Source of the DNA: Treponemataceae bacterium
GTDB taxonomy: Bacteria > Spirochaetota > Spirochaetia > Treponematales > Rectinemataceae
NCBI GenBank assembly: GCA_963678065.2
Contig: CAXXVZ010000003.1
Coordinates: forward strand, 1,088,001-1,152,000
Reading direction: 5' to 3'
DNA length: 64,000 nucleotides
Under the pieces are notes generated by a model. The model searched no databases, was not told the origin of the DNA, and worked only from the letters and a program-made list of their open reading frames with translations. Positions 39,610 through 47,955 of the stretch are shown one piece after another (position 1 is the stretch's first letter; each line of letters starts with the position of its first letter). A program made the position numbers and the translations under genes.

Positions 39610-40422
39610 ATGAAAACATCACTAAAGGGACTCGCTGTTCTCGCGCTCGCCTGCGCGTCGATCCTCGCGGCGACCGGCGCCGCCTTCGCCCAGAGCATCG
39701 TCAAATTGCCCGATCTCAAGGGCAGGACGGTCGTCGCCGTCACCGAAAACGCCTACACGCCCCTCAATTTCGTCGACCCGAAGACAGGCAAGGCGATGGG
39801 CTGGGAATATGATGCCGTGAACGAGATCGGCAGGCGGATCAACGCGAAGATCGTCTGGAAGATCACCGCCTGGGACACCATGATCCAGGCTGTGCGCGAC
39901 GGCCAGTTCGACGTCGGCATGGACGGCATCACCATCACCGACGAGCGCGCGAAGCAGGTCGACTTCTCCGTTCCCTACATGATCTCCCAGCAGTTCATGC
40001 TCGTGCGCGCCTCCGAGAAGCGATTCTCCGAAGAAAAGGCCTTCGGAAAGGACCCGAAACTCCTCATCGGCTCCCAGGCGGGCACGACGAATTTCTACAC
40101 CGCGGTCTACTCCGTCCTCGACGGCGACGAGGCCAATCCCCGCATCAAGCTCTTCGAGACCTTCGGCGCGGCGGTCCAGGCCCTCATCGCGGGCGATGTC
40201 GACATGGTCCTCATGGACGCGGCCTCCAGCAAGGGCTACGTCGGCGCCAACCCCGGCAAGCTCAAAGTCATCGGCGGTCCCCTCGGAACCGAGGAATTCG
40301 GGTTCATCTTCAAGCCGGGCTCCGACCTCGTCAAAGCCTTCGACGCGGCCATCGAGGCCATGAGAAAAGACGGAAGTCTGGACCGGCTCAACACCACGTG
40401 GTTCTTCGAGTACAAGCCCTGA
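39610..40422 (+). CDS. Polar amino-acid ABC transporter substrate-binding protein
   Basis: Signal peptide; AYTPLNF, ITITDERAKQVDFSVPY. Confidence 0.9.
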   Translation: MKTSLKGLAVLALACASILAATGAAFAQSIVKLPDLKGRTVVAVTENAYTPLNFVDPKTGKAMGWEYDAVNEIGRRINAKIVWKITAWDTMIQAVRDGQFDVGMDGITITDERAKQVDFSVPYMISQQFMLVRASEKRFSEEKAFGKDPKLLIGSQAGTTNFYTAVYSVLDGDEANPRIKLFETFGAAVQALIAGDVDMVLMDAASSKGYVGANPGKLKVIGGPLGTEEFGFIFKPGSDLVKAFDAAIEAMRKDGSLDRLNTTWFFEYKP

Positions 40423-41213
40423 AAGCGGAACCGAAAGCGCGCGTGCCCTGGTGGCTCGTCGCCCTCGTCGCCCTCGGTCTCTGGACCGTCCTCGGCTTCC
40501 TCTCGCGCAGCGATTACAGGATCATAGTCGCCGCCATCTTCCGCGGACTCGGCGTGACCCTCAGCGTCTCCCTCGTAGCCTACGCCGCCTCCGTCCTCCT
40601 CGGACTGGGGCTCGGTCTCATGCGCACATCGAAAATGAGGGTCGCCCGCGAGGCCGCGACCTTCTACATCGAGCTCGTGCGCGGCCTGCCCATGCTCGTC
40701 ATCCTCTACTACATCGCCTTCGTGGGGGCACCTGCCCTCGCCTCGGGACTCAACGCCCTCCTCGCCCCCCTCATCGACGCGGGCATCATCGGAAAAGTCG
40801 AGACGCGCGGCTTCGACTTCGCCACGCGCGCCGTCCTCGCCCTCACCCTCGGCTACGCGGCCTTCATCGCCGAAGTCTTCCGTGCGGGAATAGAGAGCGT
40901 CGAGATAGGACAGGTCGAGGCAGCCCTGGCCCTCGGCCTCTCTCGCGGCCAGGTCATGCGCAGGATCGTCCTGCCCCAGGCGATCCGGAACGTGTTGCCC
41001 GCCCTCGCGAACGAGTTCGTCGCCATCGTCAAGGACTCCGCCCTGGTATCGGCCCTCGGCGTCCAGGACATCACCCAACTCGGCAAAGTCTACGCAGCCT
41101 CGACCTTCAAATTTTTCGAAACCTACAACGCCGTGGCCTTCTTCTACCTCTGCCTGACCGTCACCCTCTCGCTTTTGGTCAGAGTGCTGGAGAGACGGCT
41201 CAAGCGGCGGTGA
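40398..41213 (+). CDS. Polar amino-acid ABC permease (start uncertain)
   Basis: YIELVRGLPMLV, AEVFRAGIES...GQVEAALALG, LPQA, KDSAL. Confidence 0.9.
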   Translation: MVLRVQALKAEPKARVPWWLVALVALGLWTVLGFLSRSDYRIIVAAIFRGLGVTLSVSLVAYAASVLLGLGLGLMRTSKMRVAREAATFYIELVRGLPMLVILYYIAFVGAPALASGLNALLAPLIDAGIIGKVETRGFDFATRAVLALTLGYAAFIAEVFRAGIESVEIGQVEAALALGLSRGQVMRRIVLPQAIRNVLPALANEFVAIVKDSALVSALGVQDITQLGKVYAASTFKFFETYNAVAFFYLCLTVTLSLLVRVLERRLKRR

Positions 41214-41222
41214 GGGCACAGC

Positions 41223-42302
41223 ATGAGTCAGACCGAACGCATCTTCCACATCGACCGATCGATCAGGGAAGCCGGCGGCACCAGCATCCGCGATATCGCG
41301 AAACACTTCGAGATCTGTCCCCGGCAGGCGAAGCGCGACATCGAGTACATGCGCGACAGGCTGCGCGCTCCCATCGTCTGGTCTGTCGACCACCGACGAT
41401 ACGAGTACTCTTCCGACTGGGACTGCCTGCGCTCGGCCGACGAAAAATCCCTCTTCGCCCTCGCCTTTCTCTCGTCCATCCTCACCGAATACAGCTACGT
41501 TCCCGTCGTCTCAGACGATCTTCTCGCCCTTCTCAAGGAGAGGATAGCCGGTCGTTACTCCCGCATCGTGGACAAGGTCCGCTACGAATTGCCCGACATG
41601 GAATCGATCGACGGTGAAATCGCATACGCTCTGTGCGAGGCGCTCGCCGGCCCCTCGTGGCTCGACATCGACTACACCGACGCGAAAGGAGACTCGAGCG
41701 CGCGTTCTATCGTCCCTGTGCGGCTCGTCAACTACGCGGGAAAGTGGTACTGCGTCGCCCTCGACTCGAAGTCGGGCAAACTCAGGACCTTCTCCGTGGC
41801 GCGGATCGACGCGGCGGCAGCCAGGAATCCATCTCCGACTGCGAGTCCGCACGCCGGGAGCTCAGAAGGCGCGGCCGCCGGAACCCCAGCCGACCTCCCC
41901 TCCGACGAAGAGATAGACCGATTTCTCTCGTCCTCTTACGGAATCTTCAAGGGCGAGCCCATCGGGCGCGCAACCCTGCGCTTCTACAGAGGGGCCGCCC
42001 GCGCCGTGCGCGAGCAGGTCTGGCACCGCGACCAGATCATCACCCCAGTCTCCCCGGACCCATCCGCGCCCGCGGCGGGCGGACAGGAATCCTCCGACAC
42101 CCAAGATAACCGCGCCAGCGCACAGACGCTCGACTTGAGCCTCCCCGTCCACGACTGGACCGAGCTCTTAGGCCGCGCCCTCCGCTGCGGCGCCAACTGC
42201 GAAGTGATGGCCCCCGCGGAGTTCCGCACGCGCTGGGTCGAGGAGATCCGGCGCATGGCCTCTCTGGCGCGCGCCGACGTCGACGCCCCCGTGGCCGGAT
42301 GA
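41223..42302 (+). CDS. WYL-domain transcriptional regulator (wHTH-WYL-WCX)
   Basis: IAKHFEICPRQAKRDIEYMR wHTH; RSIVPVRL...GKWYCVA...LRTFSVARI WYL; WHRDQ...EVMAPAEFR WCX. Confidence 0.9.
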   Translation: MSQTERIFHIDRSIREAGGTSIRDIAKHFEICPRQAKRDIEYMRDRLRAPIVWSVDHRRYEYSSDWDCLRSADEKSLFALAFLSSILTEYSYVPVVSDDLLALLKERIAGRYSRIVDKVRYELPDMESIDGEIAYALCEALAGPSWLDIDYTDAKGDSSARSIVPVRLVNYAGKWYCVALDSKSGKLRTFSVARIDAAAARNPSPTASPHAGSSEGAAAGTPADLPSDEEIDRFLSSSYGIFKGEPIGRATLRFYRGAARAVREQVWHRDQIITPVSPDPSAPAAGGQESSDTQDNRASAQTLDLSLPVHDWTELLGRALRCGANCEVMAPAEFRTRWVEEIRRMASLARADVDAPVAG

Positions 42303-42359
42303 ATGAGTCGCAGGAAAACACAAGCTTCCGTACTTCAAAAACCTGTTTTTCTCTACATG

Positions 42360-42394
42360 AGGGACAACCTGTGTCCCTTTACGCGTCGTATGAT
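42360..42394 (+). promoter_or_regulatory. Palindromic operator plus -10 box upstream of the HIRAN gene
   Basis: AGGGACA-acctg-TGTCCCT (42360-42378), then TATGAT (42389-42394); no TTGACA. Confidence 0.65.
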
Positions 42395-42420
42395 GGAGGC
42401 GAGAAGAGGAGGATAGGATC

Positions 42421-43590
42421 GTGCAGTCAAAAGCCGTCTATCTGGTCATGCTGTCCGAGGCGAATGTCGAAGTATTCACGGAGAGTCCCACGGGCTCTTT
42501 CGATCTGGCAGGCCTGTATTCCGGCCAGGGATCGATGAAGAAAGCCCGCGAGGCCGTTTCCAGTCTCACGGAGGCCAGTATCGAATCGGAGCTGCGCTAC
42601 CAGGACAGCTACGGGTCCCCGGTCATCCACGAGGCCGACACGTTCCGGCCCCGTGTTTACCGAACAGCCAGGGGCGACTCGGGCCCTCCGACCAGGGAGA
42701 TTGCGGCTTTCCTGTTCCGTTACCCGACCTGGCGGCTCGCCCAGCAGCGGGGCGACTTCGTCGATGCCGGAGCCGCAATCCAGCGGTCGGGGAAACTCAA
42801 GCCACTCAGACATCTCTTGCGCTATCTCGCCGGAGACGATCTCTTTCTCATCTTCGCCCTGTACTGGCTCTCGGAATTCGACAGGGACAAGATACCGTGG
42901 CTCGCGGAGCTTCTATCCGCAGGGGCCGTGACGCTCGGGGACGAGGTCGCTCCCGGCAACCCCATGGCAACCGGACTCACGGGACGGCAGGCCGGCACCC
43001 GCGCGACGAAGCCCGGTGCACTGAACCCCTACGCCGAACTCTTCGATTTCGCCCGATCCGGGATCCACTCAGGAGACGCGCAGGATTTCAGGAAGGAACT
43101 CGACCTCGCGCTCCGAGAGCACCTCATCGCGCGCCGCCGGGAACTCATCCTGCCAGTCGTCGGCGAAGGCCTGGGCCGCGCAACAGCAGAAATCCGCATC
43201 CGAGCCTCGGAGGCCCTCGCCGAAGGCAGGAACCGGGCCCTGACCGAAGGGCTCACCGGGGTCGATTCCCGCGTGCGCACCTGGCTCGAGAGCATCGAGT
43301 TCTCAGTCCAGCGAGAACCCTGGAACCGCGTCGACCCGAACGCCCTCTGTGTCCTCGCACGCTTTCCCGAAGACGGCCGCACCGCCCTCGCGGGCTACAT
43401 CCGCGCCGATGTTGCCGCCTGCCTCTCTCCCCTCGCCGACGAGGGAATCAGCTTCCGCGCAAGGCTCTTCCGCCTCGACGAGAAAGAGCTGTCCCTGGCC
43501 GTCGGGATTGTCGAGGACGGCGAAACGTGGGGTGGAACATCCGAACCCGGGAAAGGGACTAAGCCTGTGGCAATGCAAAAGAAAGACTGA
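42421..43590 (+). CDS. Unknown N-terminal domain plus C-terminal HIRAN domain
   Basis: VVGE...VQREPWNRVDPNALCV...AGYIRADVAACLSPL matches the HIRAN REPxNxxDxNA...GY motif; AGGAGG SD. Confidence 0.7.
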   Translation: MQSKAVYLVMLSEANVEVFTESPTGSFDLAGLYSGQGSMKKAREAVSSLTEASIESELRYQDSYGSPVIHEADTFRPRVYRTARGDSGPPTREIAAFLFRYPTWRLAQQRGDFVDAGAAIQRSGKLKPLRHLLRYLAGDDLFLIFALYWLSEFDRDKIPWLAELLSAGAVTLGDEVAPGNPMATGLTGRQAGTRATKPGALNPYAELFDFARSGIHSGDAQDFRKELDLALREHLIARRRELILPVVGEGLGRATAEIRIRASEALAEGRNRALTEGLTGVDSRVRTWLESIEFSVQREPWNRVDPNALCVLARFPEDGRTALAGYIRADVAACLSPLADEGISFRARLFRLDEKELSLAVGIVEDGETWGGTSEPGKGTKPVAMQKKD

Positions 43591-43847
43591 GGGCCCTGGG
43601 AATGGGATCTGGATTATGGCAACAGCCGATGGCGCCGATGCCTCCACGGGAGGAGGCCAAGCGTGGTCTCACCCTTTTGCGCGAAGGGAATGCAGAGATC
43701 ACGTCTGGATATCGCGGGTTCGAATCCCTGCCGGCGCCGTCGGTTTTTCTTCTTTGAGGGAAATATATGGGGATGAGATATGAACAAACCGATGTTTTCT
43801 CACTGATGGAAATACTCAATGTCCACGCATCGTGTACATAATTTATG

Positions 43848-43875
43848 TTGCATTCTCGTTCAATGCTCGTATAAT
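43848..43875 (+). promoter_or_regulatory. Sigma70 promoter upstream of the cas interference genes
   Basis: TTGCAT-16 nt-TATAAT; palindrome ACATAA-T-TTATGT (43836-43848) abuts the -35. Confidence 0.55.
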
Positions 43876-44048
43876 AATATACAAAAGGGGGTTGATAAGT
43901 GAAAAGAGGAGCATGGTGACGCCTCCTGCACACAAGTGCAAAGATATCGGATGGAAGGAACCTCACTTGTTCAATAACTTTCTTTCCGGCACAACAAAGA
44001 TCAAACCGGCCATCTGGAAACAAGCTGTAACATCAAGCGAGGAACGAA

Positions 44049-44248
44049 ATGGCCTATGAAAACAAGACACTAAGGGATTACTTCGAAGGGGTAGCAGAAC
44101 GTTGCGAGAGAACGTAGGCAAAATCGGCTGCACTGACTACGGCGAAATCCTTTGCCTCCTTCTCGATTTAGGGAAGCATAGCCTAAAATTTCAGAATTAT
44201 GTCCGCTCGATGATCGGACTTTCATATAAAAATATTCAAATCCTCTAG
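44049..44248 (+). pseudogene. cas3: Frameshifted relic of a Cas3 HD-domain N-terminus
   Basis: MAYENKTLRDYFEGVAERCER, then after a 1-nt frameshift NVGKIGCTDYGEILCLLLDLGKHSLKFQNYVRS*; resembles Cas3 'L.eHL.gVA...KIG...GeLlgLLHDLGK.s..FQ.Y' with both His lost. Confidence 0.65.
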
Positions 44249-44272
44249 CTTTGTTTCATATCGGAGGTTGAT

Positions 44273-44944
44273 GTGTATTCATATCAGGTGCAAATGGAGA
44301 TTTCCGGAAATACAGCTATGTGGACGCGGCCGGATACAGGCGATTGTCCTGTTACCTATCCGGTTCCGACTTACTCGGCAGTAAAGGGGATATTCGAATC
44401 AATTTTATGGGGGCCGGCAGTAAAAATTGTCCCGGAAATAGTCGAAATATGTGCTCCACTGCAATATCACACGTATCACACAAATTATGGCGGACCTTTA
44501 CGAGAGGTTGGTGTGATTTCAAGCGGTGGAAGCTACCAATTATTGGCGACGGTCTTGGTTGATGTCTGTTACCGCCTGTATGCAAAAATAGTTCCCATCG
44601 GTGGGAATAAAAAAGAACTTATAACTCAAAAATCTCTATCTTGGGACAAGAAGACAACATCACCTGGGCATGCTTATCAGGATATTTTCAACCGACGATT
44701 GTCAAAAGGTCAATGCTTTTCGATTCCTTTTTTGGGATGGAAGGAATTTGGGCCGAATTACTTTGGCCCTTTCAGGGCTAATACAAAAGTACAGACTGAT
44801 TTTGAAGTTGTGATCCCTTCAATGTTGAGGGAAGTGTTTTCCGATGGATACAATTCCAAGGTTGCATACTCATTCGATCAAAATATTTCTATTTCAAATG
44901 GTACGTTACTGTTCACTGCCAAGGAGACAAATCATGCTGAATGA
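44273..44944 (+). CDS. cas5: Type I-C Cas5 (variant)
   Basis: GNTAMWTRPD...TYPVPTYSAVKGIFESI, LVDVCYRL, PFLGWKEF. Confidence 0.88.
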   Translation: MYSYQVQMEISGNTAMWTRPDTGDCPVTYPVPTYSAVKGIFESILWGPAVKIVPEIVEICAPLQYHTYHTNYGGPLREVGVISSGGSYQLLATVLVDVCYRLYAKIVPIGGNKKELITQKSLSWDKKTTSPGHAYQDIFNRRLSKGQCFSIPFLGWKEFGPNYFGPFRANTKVQTDFEVVIPSMLREVFSDGYNSKVAYSFDQNISISNGTLLFTAKETNHAE

Positions 44945-47039
44945 ATTGTGCCAATTGGCGGATGCCTTGGAGAATGCCGGGATAACGCCCAAGGAATGGT
45001 GTTCGCAATTAAAACAACTTCCAAAAATCACCTTCAAGGAACCTTGTTATCGGATATGGATCTCGGCTGACAACACAATATCGTCAATTGACGAAATGCC
45101 TAATAATCTGGCTGCGGTTTTGCGTAAATGGGAACCAAGCAACGGCAATTCCTTTCCGGCATTCAATATCCAACCATTATATCGCATCACAAGTAAGGAA
45201 CAGAAAGTCAAGTTGAAAGAGTGGAGAGGCGGCAAGACCTCTATTGCATATCAAGAACTTCGATCGTGGTGCACAAATGCGACAGACAATTGGGATCGGA
45301 AAATCCAAAAAAAACTAAAAATCTGCTTGAATGAAATTCCACTAAAGCTAAATCAGAAAATGAATAGTGTTGAAAATCATGAACAAGATTCAATTCAAGA
45401 ACTCATTCGTCGGGCAAGTCGGTATACCGGATTCGATATGGATTTCCCGATAGTTGTTGATGCGAAAAATTTCCGGCAATCAATGGAGAGTTTCATTTGG
45501 AAGTCTCTTTCTCAAGGAGAGAGAGTTAATACTCTTCTATCCATTCTTTTTTGCGAGGGTGATTCAACAAAAAGGCCAGAAGAGGACCAGGGTAGAATAT
45601 CTGTTTTTCTAGATATAGATGACTGGCAATGCTTTGGGTACCCGGTTGCTCATGAGAAAAGCCTCGACTCGATAAATGATAGACTAAGAAAAAATGATCG
45701 AAAAATACCAAATTCTACCTTGAAAGACGCTTTTGGGCTTCCATTCTTCAATGTGGATGACAAATTGCCAAGCGTAAAACTGCCGATTATCGCCGATGTC
45801 AAACTACGCTCTATGTTCAGTGCACACCACTGTCAGTACCGCTATGGAAAGATTGAAGCGGATTCTTTTCCGATTAGCATGGAAAACCGCACCAAGGCCA
45901 AAGGAGCTCTTGAATGGCTGTGTGATCCAAGTCGTGAGGGTCAGACCTGGGGGCGAGCCGATAACAAAGAACTTATCTTCGCCTATCCCTCGGCCTTGCA
46001 GGAAATCATTCCAATGGCGTCTATTTTCATTGCTCGCAATATTGATGGCACGGCTGAGGCTCGCTTTTCAGATGCGGCTAAAGATGTCATAGCTGCTTTG
46101 ACAAAATTAACTACCAATCTTCGTTCATTGGAGTTAAGAGTTTTTGCTCTAAAAAAAATGGATAAAGCTCGAACGAAAGTGGCTTTCTATCGCAACTACT
46201 CTGCTCAACGTTTGGTGGATGCTGCTAATGATTGGCAAGTCGGCTGTACAAATCTGCCAGAGCTGCGTTTGAAGGTATGGACAGATCAGAAAGGTGAATG
46301 GAAAACAACAGAGCCAACAATGCCCTATCCACTGCAACTTGGCTCTTGCCTGAACCGTATCTGGAAGCTTGATGGCAGTTCCGAGTGTGAAACAAAATCC
46401 GTTCCCTCTAGTCAAGGCATTGAATTGCTTCTAGATGAACAGGCCTATCGATTTATTCCGCATCTACTTGCTGTCCTATTGCAAAACAGCAAGGGATTGC
46501 TTCTATCGCTTGGCAATGAGCAATCCAAGGGAACACCGGCATCGATAAAGGGCAAAGATTCTCAGAAGTTGTTGATCCCATCCTTACTGGGATTATTGCT
46601 CCATAAACTCGGTATCCATAAGGAGGCCTATATGACCAACACTCCGTTCCTGGTTGGCCGGATTCTGAAACTATCCGATGAACTACATGCATTCTATTGC
46701 CAGGAAGTACGCAACAACAATCTACCGCCTCAACTTGTCGGTAATTCCCTGATGGTTGCGGCACTTGAAAGCCCAACCCAAGCTTTGGCTCAACTCAGTA
46801 TGCGACTGAATCCATATCTTGCCTGGGCGAAGCAATTCCGTACCAAAAACGAGACAACCAGTTGGAAGGCCGACTGGCTGTTGAAGTTATTTGAGGAAAC
46901 CACCAGCTCACTTACTGATGCCGCACTACCCTACAGGTGCACCGATACCGAAAAAGCCCAAATGTTTATCGGTTACCTGTCATCACTGACAAGGGAACAA
47001 GACGTGAGTACACAAGTCATTGCTTCCAAAAGCAATTAG
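44934..47039 (+). CDS. cas8c: Divergent Cas8c-like large subunit
   Basis: About 700 aa between cas5 and cas7; C-terminal PFLVGRILKLSDELH resembles the Cas8c/Cas11c tail. Confidence 0.7.
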   Translation: MLNELCQLADALENAGITPKEWCSQLKQLPKITFKEPCYRIWISADNTISSIDEMPNNLAAVLRKWEPSNGNSFPAFNIQPLYRITSKEQKVKLKEWRGGKTSIAYQELRSWCTNATDNWDRKIQKKLKICLNEIPLKLNQKMNSVENHEQDSIQELIRRASRYTGFDMDFPIVVDAKNFRQSMESFIWKSLSQGERVNTLLSILFCEGDSTKRPEEDQGRISVFLDIDDWQCFGYPVAHEKSLDSINDRLRKNDRKIPNSTLKDAFGLPFFNVDDKLPSVKLPIIADVKLRSMFSAHHCQYRYGKIEADSFPISMENRTKAKGALEWLCDPSREGQTWGRADNKELIFAYPSALQEIIPMASIFIARNIDGTAEARFSDAAKDVIAALTKLTTNLRSLELRVFALKKMDKARTKVAFYRNYSAQRLVDAANDWQVGCTNLPELRLKVWTDQKGEWKTTEPTMPYPLQLGSCLNRIWKLDGSSECETKSVPSSQGIELLLDEQAYRFIPHLLAVLLQNSKGLLLSLGNEQSKGTPASIKGKDSQKLLIPSLLGLLLHKLGIHKEAYMTNTPFLVGRILKLSDELHAFYCQEVRNNNLPPQLVGNSLMVAALESPTQALAQLSMRLNPYLAWAKQFRTKNETTSWKADWLLKLFEETTSSLTDAALPYRCTDTEKAQMFIGYLSSLTREQDVSTQVIASKSN
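46632..47039 (+). CDS. cas11: Internally translated Cas11c small subunit (135 aa)
   Basis: AGGAGG (46621-46626) 5 nt before an in-frame ATG inside cas8. Confidence 0.75.
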   Translation: MTNTPFLVGRILKLSDELHAFYCQEVRNNNLPPQLVGNSLMVAALESPTQALAQLSMRLNPYLAWAKQFRTKNETTSWKADWLLKLFEETTSSLTDAALPYRCTDTEKAQMFIGYLSSLTREQDVSTQVIASKSN

Positions 47040-47061
47040 CACTTTTATCAAGGAGCTTAAA

Positions 47062-47955
47062 ATGAGTACGGAAATCAAACGCGCTACCGGTCTCTTGATC
47101 ATCGAAGTTGTAAATTCCAACCCAAACGGGGATCCCGATCGCGAAAGCGATCCACGCCAGCGCCCGAATGGTTTGGGAGAAATTTCTCCAGTCTCGTTCA
47201 AGCGGAAGCTGCGGGATTTGGTTGAAGATATATCGGGAACTGTTTTTCCAGAGGTATCCAGAAAACTTTCACTGGAAGCAACCCGCTGTAAAATACTGGA
47301 ATCACGGGGACGCGATAGGGTGACAATTAGCAAAGAGATGGGAAAAGATATCACAAAATTCGATCAGTCCGAATTCCTCAATAGTGAGTTTGTTCGGAAG
47401 TATTGGGACGCACGTTTATTTGGTAACACTTTTCTTGAAGAGGGAGGAAATAAGGGATATATAAAAACTGGCGTCGCTCAATTTGAGATAGGGCTCTCAA
47501 TTGCACCAATCCAGGTAATCAGACATACCAATACCAACAAAGCCGGAGTAGAAAAGGGGAAAGATCAAGGAATGGCACCATTGGCATACCGTATAGTGGA
47601 ACATGGTGTATATTTCATGCCGTTTTTTATTAATCCCAACTTCGCTCACAAATCCGGTTGTACTGCTGAAGATGTTGAACTACTAAAAACACTTATCCCT
47701 TATGCCTACGATCAAACTCGCTCGGCGATTCGTCCTGATGTCCGGATTCGACATGCATGGTACATGGAACATAAAAATGCATTGGGTAGTTGTCCAGATT
47801 ATCTTCTGCTGGAAGCGCTAATACCAAAACGCCGTGGATCAGACCCCATGGCTTCATCAACCTCTTGGAATGATTATGATGACGAGTCGGCTCGATTACC
47901 TGCAGATTTGTTGGGAAGAATCGAAAACTGTGTTGATTTGATGGAGAACGTGTAA
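47062..47955 (+). CDS. cas7: Type I-C Cas7 (Csd2 family)
   Basis: NSNPNGDPD...PR, SFKRKLRD, YWDARLFG. Confidence 0.9.
   Translation: MSTEIKRATGLLIIEVVNSNPNGDPDRESDPRQRPNGLGEISPVSFKRKLRDLVEDISGTVFPEVSRKLSLEATRCKILESRGRDRVTISKEMGKDITKFDQSEFLNSEFVRKYWDARLFGNTFLEEGGNKGYIKTGVAQFEIGLSIAPIQVIRHTNTNKAGVEKGKDQGMAPLAYRIVEHGVYFMPFFINPNFAHKSGCTAEDVELLKTLIPYAYDQTRSAIRPDVRIRHAWYMEHKNALGSCPDYLLLEALIPKRRGSDPMASSTSWNDYDDESARLPADLLGRIENCVDLMENV

Noticed and set aside
43700..43745. Complete tRNA gene
   Set aside because: Only a T-arm-like segment is present; no D-arm, anticodon arm or acceptor pairing found.
43832..44059. 75-aa ORF upstream of the cas3 relic
   Set aside because: No recognisable motif, poor SD spacing, and it overlaps the promoter candidate.
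43590..44272. CreTA/CreR-like mini-array or degenerate repeat upstream of the cas genes
   Set aside because: No convincing degenerate copy of the 32-bp repeat found by eye; a sensitive alignment would be needed to exclude it.
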